Assembly (NCBI GenBank): GCA_007123205.1
Contig: SKLM01000115.1
Span: 1 to 35,235, forward strand
Reading direction: 5' to 3'
Source of the DNA: Thermoflexales bacterium
Lineage (GTDB): Bacteria > Chloroflexota > Anaerolineae > B4-G1
DNA length: 35,235 nucleotides
Part shown: piece after piece, positions 17,073 through 26,300 of the stretch
How the letters are laid out: each line of letters begins with the position of its first letter
Numbering within the stretch: position 1 is the first letter of the stretch
Notes under the pieces: model-generated
Database searches by the model: none
Seen by the model: the letters and a program-made list of their open reading frames with translations, nothing else
What the model was told of the DNA's origin: nothing
Position numbers and translations under genes: made by a program

Positions 17073-18231
17073 GCGGGTCATACGAGTATTGGTGGTATTC
17101 CTCAACACAGGCGGAGGCCACCGAAGCGCAGCGGATGCTACAGCCGAGGCGCTGCGAGATCTCTATGGAGACCGCGTTCGTGTGGACGTGGTGGATGTGA
17201 CGCGGGAGTACTTCTCGTGGCCGGTGAGCAAGTTGGATGAGATGTATGAGTGGTTGATCCGAATGCGCGCCTGGCCGTGGGCGATCGTGTACCATCTGAC
17301 CGATGGGGCTCGCCGCTTTGGGTTGGTGGGGCGTGGCGTGGGCTGGTTGACCGGACGCTCGATCGGCCATCTCCTGGCGGAGCATCCTGCTGAGTTAGTG
17401 GTCTGCTGCCATCCTCTCTTGAGGGCACCACTGGCGCGGGGGTTGCGGAGAGCGGGAAAGGGTAGAGGGCTGATCACCCTGGTCACCGACCTGGCCTCAG
17501 GGCACGCGGCATGGTTTGTACCTCCCGGAGAACGGTGGGTCGTGGCCACGGAGGGGACCCGGGGCCGTGCCGCAGCTATGGGGATACCGACGGAGTGCAT
17601 AGAGGTGAGCGGACTGCCAGTAAGGCGCTGCTTCGTCAACGGCGCCCGGAGAGACCCGGTGGCTGCCCGGAGGAGACTGGGGTTGGATCCCGATTCTCCA
17701 GTCGTGCTTCTGATGGGAGGCGCGATGGGGACGGGACCGCTTCTCCAGTTGGTGAGAGCGATGGCCAACAGCGGCCTGTGGGCAGAGTTGGTGGTGATCA
17801 CCGGCCGGAACAAGAGCGTGTATGAGAAGCTGAATTCCTACAAGTGGTCGCTGCCGGTCCATGTTGCGGGCTTCGTCAGCAACCTTCACGAATGGATGGA
17901 GGCAGCAGATATACTGGTGACCAAAGCGGGGCCGGGCACCCTGAGTGAGGCACTGGTGATGGGCCTGCCGATGGTCTTATGCGGTGCGCTTCCGGGCCAG
18001 GAGCGGCCCAACGTGGACTACGTGGTCGCCAACGGCGCCGGCGTGTGGGCACCGACGCCGGCCGAAGCGGCTGAGAGAGTGCAAGAGCTTCTGGAACGGG
18101 ACCGGTCGTCGCTGATGCGGATGGAGGAGCGCGCGCGAATCCTGGCTCAGCCCGATGCGGCACGGCGGGCGGCTCGGGTCATATGGGGAGCAGCCGAGGA
18201 ATGCTCGCTTGACGGGTCATCTGTGATATAA
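17062..18231 (+). CDS. GT28 diacylglycerol glycosyltransferase (MGDG synthase/UgtP-like)
   Basis: [50 protein letters not shown]. Confidence 0.88.
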   Translation: MMTRRVIRVLVVFLNTGGGHRSAADATAEALRDLYGDRVRVDVVDVTREYFSWPVSKLDEMYEWLIRMRAWPWAIVYHLTDGARRFGLVGRGVGWLTGRSIGHLLAEHPAELVVCCHPLLRAPLARGLRRAGKGRGLITLVTDLASGHAAWFVPPGERWVVATEGTRGRAAAMGIPTECIEVSGLPVRRCFVNGARRDPVAARRRLGLDPDSPVVLLMGGAMGTGPLLQLVRAMANSGLWAELVVITGRNKSVYEKLNSYKWSLPVHVAGFVSNLHEWMEAADILVTKAGPGTLSEALVMGLPMVLCGALPGQERPNVDYVVANGAGVWAPTPAEAAERVQELLERDRSSLMRMEERARILAQPDAARRAARVIWGAAEECSLDGSSVI

Positions 18232-18232
18232 T
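18224..18232 (+). promoter_or_regulatory. extended -10 promoter
   Basis: TGaTATAAT about 40 bp before ATG 18271. Confidence 0.5.
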
Positions 18233-18270
18233 CGCTCAACGGCAAACAATCCAGCATCGGGAGGGAGTCC

Positions 18271-18633
18271 ATGGAGAGGAAGTTTCGAGTTCTTCGCATC
18301 GTCGGTACACTGTGGAAGGTCGTGGCCTGGGTCGTTCTTATCGGCGGAATCCTGACCGCCATCGGCGTCCTGCTGGCAGGAATCCTGGGCGGCGGAGGGA
18401 TCCTTCTGCGGGAGTTGGGGGTGGGACCTGGCACCCTGTCGGCAGCAGGGATATTGGGGGGGATCGCCGGCTTCGTCGTGGCCGTAATCGGAGCTGTGAT
18501 CACATTCTTCCTGTACTACGCGGTAGGCGAGCTGATCTATTTACTGCTCGCCATCGAGGAGAATACTCGTCAGTGGCGGCAAGGAGGAGAGCGCCAAGCC
18601 CGGGCGCAAGCTCCACCCCCCTCACCAGAATAG
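18271..18633 (+). CDS. small membrane protein of unknown function
   Basis: RBS GGAGGGAG; two long hydrophobic helices; GELIYLLLAIEENTR motif. Confidence 0.75.
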   Translation: MERKFRVLRIVGTLWKVVAWVVLIGGILTAIGVLLAGILGGGGILLRELGVGPGTLSAAGILGGIAGFVVAVIGAVITFFLYYAVGELIYLLLAIEENTRQWRQGGERQARAQAPPPSPE

Positions 18634-18697
18634 CCAGCGCGGTAGTCCACACCGCCGTCAGGCCTGAGTACCAGGACTGATGACCAAAGAGGTGAAG

Positions 18698-18733
18698 GCG
18701 TGGCCCCCTCCGCCTCTCGAGCAGGGGCCACGC
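18698..18733. terminator. hairpin between convergent genes
   Basis: GCGTGGCCCC / GGGGCCACGC perfect 10-bp stem; no U tract. Confidence 0.4.
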
Positions 18734-18762
18734 GCCGGTGGGAGATCGCGCCTACCCGCCGA

Positions 18763-20040
18763 CTAGACGACGGCTTGTTCACGCCTAGGGCCGACCCCGA
18801 TGAAGGTGATGGGCACGCCGCTCCAGCCCTCTACCAGGGCCACATAATCGCGCGCCGCTTTGGGCAGGTCCGCCCTGCGGCGGACGTCGGAAATATCCGC
18901 CTCCCAGCCGGGGAGATCCTCATAGACCGGTTCCCAATGGGCCAGCGACTCAGCCCCGAACTCCGCCGGGAAGTGGTCGACCTGAGCCCCATCTCGAGCA
19001 TAAGCAACCGCCACTTTGAGGTTCTCCAACCCGCTGAGCACATCCAGCTTGGTCAACGCGAGCTCATCCAGACCGTTGACACGTGCTGCGTAACGCACAA
19101 TGGGCAGGTCGAGCCAGCCACAGCGGCGGGGGCGACCGGTCGTCGTTCCAAACTCGTTGCCCACCTCCCGTATCCTATCACCGGTTTCGTCCAACAGCTC
19201 GGTGGGGAAGGGGCCCTGACCGACGCGAGTGGTGTATGCCTTGACAACGCCAACAACACGGGAGATCTGCTTGGGCCCGAAACCCAGACCGGTGGTGGCG
19301 CCCCCTGCGATGGTCGAGGAGCTGGTGACGAAGGGGTATGTGCCGTGGTCGAGATCGAGGAGCAGCCCTTGGGCTCCTTCACATAGCACGCTGGCCCCGG
19401 CCTCCAACGCCTCGCCGATCAAAGCGGATCCATCGACAAGGTGGGGCGCGAGTCTTTCGGCATACCGTCTGTACGTGCGCGCGGTCTCATCGACGGAGAG
19501 GGGCTGGACATCGAACTGAGCCAGGCGCCGATTATGGTCTGCGACGCGCTCGGTCACCCGGCTGGCGAATTCGACTGGATCCGACATCTCTCCTGCGCGC
19601 AGGTTGACCCGTTTAGCCTTATCGGCATAGGTGGGCCCGATACCGCGCTTGGTGGTACCGATGGCTTCCTCCCCCAGGGAGGCCTCGCGCGCGCCGTCCA
19701 GAGCACGATGGGTGGGGAGTATGATGTGCGCGGCAGCACTGATCTTGAGGCGAGATGGGCCCACGTCGGCGCCGATGGCGTTGAGTTGATCCATCTCGGA
19801 GATCAGACGCTCCGGATTAAGGACCACGCCGGCCCCTATGAGGAGCTTCAGATGGGAGTACAGGACACCCGAGGGTACGAGATGCAGCTGCAGCGTGTAC
19901 CCTTCAGCCACTACGGTGTGCCCGGCATTGTCCCCCCCGTTGAAGCGGGCGACGATGCTGGCGCTCCCCGCTAGACCGTCGACCACACGCCCCTTGCCCT
20001 CGTCACCCCATTGAGTCCCAACCACGACAGTAGCCGCCAT
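18763..20040 (-). CDS. purA: adenylosuccinate synthetase
   Basis: QWGDEGKG, GGDNAGHT, GTTKRGIGPTY, EGAQG, GTYPFVTSS, EFGTTTGRPRRCGWLD, TKLDVL. Confidence 0.97.
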   Translation of the reverse strand: MAATVVVGTQWGDEGKGRVVDGLAGSASIVARFNGGDNAGHTVVAEGYTLQLHLVPSGVLYSHLKLLIGAGVVLNPERLISEMDQLNAIGADVGPSRLKISAAAHIILPTHRALDGAREASLGEEAIGTTKRGIGPTYADKAKRVNLRAGEMSDPVEFASRVTERVADHNRRLAQFDVQPLSVDETARTYRRYAERLAPHLVDGSALIGEALEAGASVLCEGAQGLLLDLDHGTYPFVTSSSTIAGGATTGLGFGPKQISRVVGVVKAYTTRVGQGPFPTELLDETGDRIREVGNEFGTTTGRPRRCGWLDLPIVRYAARVNGLDELALTKLDVLSGLENLKVAVAYARDGAQVDHFPAEFGAESLAHWEPVYEDLPGWEADISDVRRRADLPKAARDYVALVEGWSGVPITFIGVGPRREQAVV

Positions 20041-20106
20041 CAGATATCCTCCTCGGATCGTGTCAAGCCAGGATGAACGCCCTGAAGCCAGGGACGCCCG
20101 AGGCCA

Positions 20107-20135
20107 ATAATACAGTAATCGGAGGATGCCGTCAA
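20107..20135 (-). promoter_or_regulatory. purA promoter
   Basis: Minus strand TTGACG, 17 bp, TATTAT. Confidence 0.65.
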
Positions 20136-20154
20136 TCTCGATGCGCCGATGAAG

Positions 20155-20182
20155 TTGACGGTGTAGGGGAGCACGGTATACT
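20155..20182 (+). promoter_or_regulatory. promoter of the PEP/pyruvate-binding-domain gene
   Basis: TTGACG (20155-20160), 16 bp, TATACT (20177-20182). Confidence 0.65.
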
Positions 20183-20222
20183 CCGAGCTGAAAAAGAAAG
20201 GCGGTCGGCAGGAGTGAATGGG

Positions 20223-22544
20223 ATGGATCCTCAACCAGCGAAGATACCAGAAGTCCTCGAGCTGTACCTGCAGCTTTCCCAATATCCGATCTTGTCGCAT
20301 CGCATACGCGATCGGATGCGGCAAGAGCTGTTCCGGCGCGGGGTTATCAGCCGGGAGGCCTTTGAGGAAGAGGCGAAGCAGAAGGCCGTGGTTTCGCAGA
20401 GGCGAGAAGGGCTGCAGGATCCGTTTGCTGAGGAATCGATGGATGTGTGGAAGGCGCGATTGGAGCAGATCCGGGATCACCTGACAGACTTCTATTTCGC
20501 CTACAACCTCCCACACAGCCTGTTCGAGGAGATCGTCCGCGACGTGGTCGCGCAAGAGGCTCCACTCCCGCCAGGATCACTCTCCTTCAATCCGGAGCTT
20601 GCGCCTCAAAGTATGCTGCTGGCACAGGCCAAGGAGTACGCCGCGCTTCCCACCGATCAGCAACAGGAGATCTTCCATCATCTGAAGGAGATCACGGTGG
20701 TGTTGACCAAGAGCATGGTCAGCGATCAGATGGCGTTTGTCGGTCTCGCGAAGGACTACTTCGAGCCGGCCGACTTTGAGCAGATAGCTGAGCGGCGGAT
20801 TGGCCGGGGCAAGATCGGTGGTAAAGCGGCAGGGATGATGCTGGCCTGGAAGATGCTGCAGTGCGAGCTGACGGGGGATCTGCGGGACTTGGTCCAGCGG
20901 GTGGTGATACCTGACTCCTACTTCGTCGGCGCAGATGTCTTCTACGACTTTCTTGCCGTCAATGAGCTCGCCGAGTCGGTGAATCAGAAGTACAAGACGG
21001 AGGAGGAAGTCCGATCGGACTACCCGCACATCCAAGAGGCCTATGTGAGAGGAAGGTTTCCCGACCACGTGGTGTTGGGCCTGCAGGCACTGATGGATGA
21101 GGTGGGGCGTGCGCCGCTTGTCGTGCGGTCCTCTAGTCTTCTGGAGGACAACTTCGGCTTCTCGTTCGCGGGCAAGTACGATAGCTTCTTCTGCCCCAAC
21201 CAAGGCACTCGGGAGGAGAATCGGGAAGCGTTGACCGGGGCTATTCGACGCGTGTACGCCAGCGTTTTCAGTCCCGATGCTCTCCTGTATCGGAAGCGGA
21301 TGGGGCTGGTAGACTATGACGAGCGAATGGCCATTCTTATCCAGAAGGTACAGGGGGAGCGGTATGGTGACTACTTCTTCCCGATGGTGGCCGGCGTCGG
21401 CCTAAGCCGGAATCCGTACCGCTGGAGCAGGCGGATTCGACCGGAAGATGGGTTGCTGCGCCTGGTGTGGGGATTGGGAACGCGCGCGGTGGATCGCGTT
21501 GCCCGGGATCATCCGCGAATGGTGGCGCTGAGCCATCCGAACCTCAGACCTGAGACCAATGCCGAGGAGATCCGCAAGTACTCACAGCACTTCGTAGATC
21601 TGATCGACCTTGAGGGGAATGCTTTCAGAACCCTTCCGGTGGGGGATCTGCTGCAGCACGGTTATCCACATATACGATTGGTGGCATCAGAGGACAAGGG
21701 GAGCTATCTCCAGCCTGTTTACGCGCCGGGGGGTATGAACAACCCGCGATTCGTGCTCACCTTCGCTGAGCTGCTTAAGAATCAGGAGTTCGTGTCGCTG
21801 ATGCAGGGGGTGGTTCAGAAGCTGGAGGAGCACTACGGGAGACCCGTAGACATAGAATTCACGGTTGAGGCCTCGCGGGAGACAGGAGGGGGATTCACGC
21901 TCCACCTGCTCCAGTGCCGCCCGCAAAGCTGGTTCGAGGGGGGAATCTCGATAGATGTTCCGGTGGAGGACGTACCAGAGAGTGATATCCTCTTCTTCAG
22001 CCAGCGAATGGTACCGCACGGAAAAGTCACCAGGATCCGCTACATCGTGTACGTAGACCCAGCTCAATACGATCGGGCCCCGGATCACAGCACCAGACTG
22101 GAAGTCGCGCGAGCGGTGGGGCGACTGAACAGGCGGCTGGCAGGCGAGAGGTTCATCCTGATGGGCCCTGGACGCTGGGGGACAAGCAACGTTGAACTGG
22201 GACTCAAGGTCAGCTACTCCGAGATACATAACGCCCGGGCGCTGGTTGAGATCGCTCGGACCGGCAGAGAGGGCGCCCCAGAAGTCTCCTACGGCACCCA
22301 CTTCTTCCAGGATCTGGTTGAGTCTCAGATCTACCCCATGCCCCTCTATCTGGGTGACCCGGCTACGATGTTTAACCGCCGGTTGCTGGACGAGGCTCCG
22401 AATCTCCTGGCGGAGCTGCTGCCCGAGGACGCTGCACTGTCGCAGTATGTCAAGGTGATAGACGTTCCGGCGATAGCAGACGGGCGCCACGTTGACCTGC
22501 TGATGGACAGCATCGAGGACAAAGGGCTGGCGTACCTGCGGTAG
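20223..22544 (+). CDS. PEP synthase/PPDK N-terminal (ATP-grasp) domain protein, function unknown
   Basis: GKIGGKAAG, VRSSSLLEDN..SFAGKYDS, MAILIQ, GLGT, PVDIEF, LLQCRP, GPGRWG, SYGTHFF. Start set to ATG 20223, downstream of the promoter and AGGAG. Confidence 0.85.
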   Translation: MDPQPAKIPEVLELYLQLSQYPILSHRIRDRMRQELFRRGVISREAFEEEAKQKAVVSQRREGLQDPFAEESMDVWKARLEQIRDHLTDFYFAYNLPHSLFEEIVRDVVAQEAPLPPGSLSFNPELAPQSMLLAQAKEYAALPTDQQQEIFHHLKEITVVLTKSMVSDQMAFVGLAKDYFEPADFEQIAERRIGRGKIGGKAAGMMLAWKMLQCELTGDLRDLVQRVVIPDSYFVGADVFYDFLAVNELAESVNQKYKTEEEVRSDYPHIQEAYVRGRFPDHVVLGLQALMDEVGRAPLVVRSSSLLEDNFGFSFAGKYDSFFCPNQGTREENREALTGAIRRVYASVFSPDALLYRKRMGLVDYDERMAILIQKVQGERYGDYFFPMVAGVGLSRNPYRWSRRIRPEDGLLRLVWGLGTRAVDRVARDHPRMVALSHPNLRPETNAEEIRKYSQHFVDLIDLEGNAFRTLPVGDLLQHGYPHIRLVASEDKGSYLQPVYAPGGMNNPRFVLTFAELLKNQEFVSLMQGVVQKLEEHYGRPVDIEFTVEASRETGGGFTLHLLQCRPQSWFEGGISIDVPVEDVPESDILFFSQRMVPHGKVTRIRYIVYVDPAQYDRAPDHSTRLEVARAVGRLNRRLAGERFILMGPGRWGTSNVELGLKVSYSEIHNARALVEIARTGREGAPEVSYGTHFFQDLVESQIYPMPLYLGDPATMFNRRLLDEAPNLLAELLPEDAALSQYVKVIDVPAIADGRHVDLLMDSIEDKGLAYLR

Positions 22545-22803
22545 CGGTAGGAACCCCTTGGACCCAGCGCACAGCCCTGCTTGGAGGTCTTCTCGGTCAC
22601 TCTGTCGGGAGGCCGTGTGCGCGAAGGCGTGGGCTCGACAGATGGGAAGGTGATGAGATGTCGCTGCCCTGTTCGACACTGCCGGGGGTTGAGAGCCTCG
22701 CGGGCTGTCCGTTGACCGATCCCGGCACGGGTGCCAGGGTTCCTCAGCTGTTCGGACGGAGGCCTGCTGCTGAGACACTCCAGCCGCAGCGCGAGCGACC
22801 CGC

Positions 22804-22848
22804 ATTCTGAGTGGGGCGCGGCCTGGCTGGGCACCCTGGGCAGCGTGG
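22804..22848. repeat. 45-bp direct repeat, copy A
   Basis: ATTCTGAGTGGGGCGCGGCCTGGCTGGGCACCCTGGGCAGCGTGG, identical to 23059-23103. Confidence 0.9.
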
Positions 22849-22936
22849 CTACCTGGGGATGACGGGAATGCGAGAGCTGGTTGGCGTGCGGCCGATGGGC
22901 CCGCGTTCAGAGACCGGGGCATCGGCCCAGCCGGCT

Positions 22937-22992
22937 GCCTGCGGCAGCGGGCGGGTCACAGACCCGCCCGAAGCGAGGGTCGGGGGTTGGCG
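22937..22992. repeat. REP-like palindromic repeat, copy 3
   Basis: GCCTGCGGCAG-CGGGCGGGTC-ACA-GACCCGCCCG...GTCGGGGGTTGGCG, colinear with the copies at 1-53 and 151-206. Confidence 0.8.
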
Positions 22993-23058
22993 GGCGGCCA
23001 ACGATGGAGATCCCTCGTCGCTGCCGCTCCTCGGGATGACAGGTGGGGCGGGTCTTGG

Positions 23059-23103
23059 ATTCTGAGTGGGGCGCGGCCTGGCTGGGCACCCTGGGCAGCG
23101 TGG
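23059..23103. repeat. 45-bp direct repeat, copy B
   Basis: Identical to 22804-22848 at 255-bp offset. Confidence 0.9.
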
Positions 23104-23230
23104 TTAGCGACATCTTCGAGGAGTTCCGGGCTTGGCGGTTGTGAGGTTTCGTGAACACCAGACAGGAGGATGGAAGAGGGTGCCCAACGCCGAAGTGGAC
23201 ATCCGGGTGATCACCGGCAAGGTCTTCACC

Positions 23231-23258
23231 TTGACAAAAGGGCAGAAGGCCCTATAAT
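23231..23258 (+). promoter_or_regulatory. rpoC promoter
   Basis: Consensus hexamers TTGACA (23231-23236) and TATAAT (23253-23258), 16-bp spacer. Confidence 0.8.
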
Positions 23259-23283
23259 ATAGGTTTGCGGTTAGACCGGCACT

Positions 23284-23347
23284 CTAGCGTAGACGTGTGG
23301 TGCGAAGCGCTGAAGGCTTCTGGGGCTCAGCGCTTCTTCTACGCTGG
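23284..23347 (+). promoter_or_regulatory. structured 5' leader of rpoC
   Basis: CTAGCGTAGA/TCTACGCTGG and GAAGCGCTGA/TCAGCGCTTC form nested 10-bp helices. Confidence 0.55.
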
Positions 23348-23371
23348 CGGGCTCCCTAGAAAACAGGAAGG

Positions 23372-26300
23372 GTGATGAATAACCGAAACGACAGCGGGCT
23401 AGAATCGCACGACTTCCGGAGTTTGCGCATTAAGCTGGCATCACCGGAAGACATTCATAACTGGTCCTACGGAGAGGTCACTAAGCCTGAGACGATCAAC
23501 TACCGCCGCCTTCGTCCCGAGAAGGACGGTCTCTTCTGCGAGGCCATTTTCGGCCCCACCAAAGATTACCAGTGTTACTGCGGTAAGTACAAGAACATCC
23601 GCTACAAGGGCATCATATGTGACAAGTGCGGAGTTGAGGTTACGCGTGCATCGGTGCGGCGCGAGCGGATGGGGCACATCGATCTGGCTGCTCCAGCGGC
23701 GCACACCTGGTACACGCGTCGTGTGCCCAATCACCTAAGTAAGCTGATCGGCATACGAAAGCTTGATATGGATCGGGTGCTCTACTTCGCCAAGCACATC
23801 ATCATCAACGTCAACGAGGATGCACGGCAGAAGGCTCTCCACCGGCTCGAAGAGGAGTTCAAGGAAGCCCAGGAGAAGCGTGAAGGAGTATCTCAGGAGA
23901 GCATCGAGGCTCTGCAGGAACGACTGAAAGAGGAAGAGACCCGGATCCAGGAGCGGATCGACGAGATCCTCAGCGAGTTCGATAAGAGTCTGGATGCGGC
24001 GACAGGGGAGGTCGTCCAGGAAGCTCAGTCGCTGCAGCGGAAGATCGAGAACCGACACGGGGAGACGTTGTCAGCGCCGATGGTGTTCAAGCCAACGGGC
24101 GAGATCATCGCGGATCAGGGTGAAGTCGTCGGCCGCGCGCACCTGACGGCACTGAATACGACGGTTCAGGATCATCTGAGTGACGTCGAGGAGTCGCTGG
24201 AGATCCAGCGAGAGGAGAAGCTGGCACCACTGCGAGAGGATCTGGAGAGCTGGCGTGAGGCCACTCAGGACGAGATAGATCACATCGAGGAGCGAGCAGC
24301 TGCGGAGATTGAGGAGTGGCGTGCGAATCTGGATGCCGATCGCGAGGAGTTGCTGAGTCTCGCGAAGTACCAGTGCATGGGCGAGCCTCGCCTGCGAGAA
24401 TTGCGGAGCAAGTGGGGTCAGGCATTCAAAGCCGGCATGGGGGCGGAAGCCTTCCACGAGATTTTGTCCGGCCTCGATTTGGACGAGTTGGCTGAGGATC
24501 TGTGGCATCAAGTGCGTCACGACACCTCGAAGACGCGGCGCAAGGTAGCGCGGAGGCGCCTGCTCATCGTTGAGGCGCTGCGGAGGAGCGGTAACAGGCC
24601 GGAGTGGATCATCCTGACCGTGTTGCCGGTGATTCCCCCCGACCTACGCCCGATGGTGCAGCTCGACGGGGGACGGTTCGCCACCTCGGACTTGAACGAT
24701 CTCTATCGGCGGGTGATCAACCGGAACAACAGGTTAAAGCGTCTGCTGGAACTCGGCGCGCCCGACGTGATTGTGCGCAACGAGAAGCGCATGCTGCAGG
24801 AGGCGGTCGACTGCTTGATCGACAATAGCCGCGGCAAGGCTCGTTCCCGCCATGGGCACCGTGAGCTGAAGTCCCTCAGTGATATGTTGAAAGGGAAGAA
24901 GGGGCGATTCCGCCGCAATTTGCTCGGCAAGCGTGTCGACTACTCGGGTCGTTCCGTGATTATCGTCGGGCCAGAGCTCAGTATGGATCAGTGCGGTCTG
25001 CCCAAGAGCATGGCTCTTGAGCTGTACCGCCCCTTCGTGATCAGCAAATTGGTGGAGTACAACTACGCCACCAACGTGAAGGCTGCCAAGCGCCTGATCG
25101 AGCGCGAGCGACCCGAGGTCTGGGAAGTGCTTGAGGAGGTGATCGGTGATCGTCCGGTTCTTCTCAACCGCGCTCCAACTCTGCACCGCCTGGGTATTCA
25201 GGCGTTTGAGCCCACGCTAATTGAGGGCAAGGCGATTCAGCTCCATCCGTTGGTCTGCGCCGCGTTCAACGCCGACTTTGACGGGGATCAGATGGCGGTC
25301 CACGTACCGCTGTCCGACCGGGCCGTCGAAGAAGCACGGATGCTTATGCTCTCGACGCGCAATCTGCTCAAGCCAGCGAACGGGCAACCGCTGGTCGGTC
25401 CGACCAAAGACATGTGTCTGGGCATTTACTACCTGACAATGGAGGATGAGAAGTACGCCGACAAGAGCCCTAAGCCGTTCGTCGACTTGCAAGAGCTTGA
25501 GTTGGCCTACAGCCTGGGGCACGTCGACGTTCACACCCCAGTCCTCGTGGCACAGGTCTACGACGACAAACCGGCACCGGACGAGCCGATCAGGACCACG
25601 GCAGGACGATGCCTGTTCAACAGTGCTCTGCCTGACGAGATTCGCTTCATCAACCACGCACTGGACAAGGGAGCCCTCCAGGACCTAGTCGCTCTAAGCT
25701 ATCGACGGTTGGGGCGTGAGAGGACGACAGGGGTTGCAGACCGCCTGAAGGACCTCGGATTCCAGTACGCGACTCGCTCTGGGATCACGATCGGTATCTC
25801 GGACCTGGTCATACCTCAAGAGAAGGTTGAGATTCTGTCCAGGACGGAGCAGACGGTGGCCGAGGTAGATAGACAGTATCGTCGTGGCTTGCTCACGGAA
25901 GAAGAGCAATACACGCGGACGGTGGAGCTGTGGTCACGGGCGAGGGAGAAGGTGGCCGATGTGGTGGCGCGGGCCCAGCCCGACAACAGCACGGTATCGG
26001 TGATGGCTCGATCGGGCGCATCCAAGGGCGGATACGGCCCCATCTCGCAGTTGGCTGGCATGCGGGGCCTGATGGCTGATCCGTCCGGGCGGATTATCCC
26101 GTTACCCATTCGGTCCAGTCTGCGTGAGGGTCTTTCGGCGCTGGAATACTTCATCAGCACGCACGGTTCGCGGAAAGGACTGGCGGACACCGCCCTGCGC
26201 ACAGCCGATGCCGGCTATCTGACGCGTCGGTTGGTCGATGTGGCGCAGGACATCATCATCAACGCTCACGATTGCGGCACCCAGGCCGGGATAGGGATCC

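Noticed and set aside
18209-18214. TTGACG as the -35 for TATAAT at 18227
   Set aside because: The spacer is only 12 bp; treated as an extended -10 promoter instead.
18645-18700. CTGATGA...GAA as a hammerhead core or fluoride riboswitch
   Set aside because: No GAAA after stem II, no GATGG/pseudoknot pairing, and it sits between convergent gene ends.
21687-22922. 411-aa minus-strand ORF and many similar shadow ORFs
   Set aside because: Antisense to well-supported genes with no motifs; expected in GC-rich DNA.
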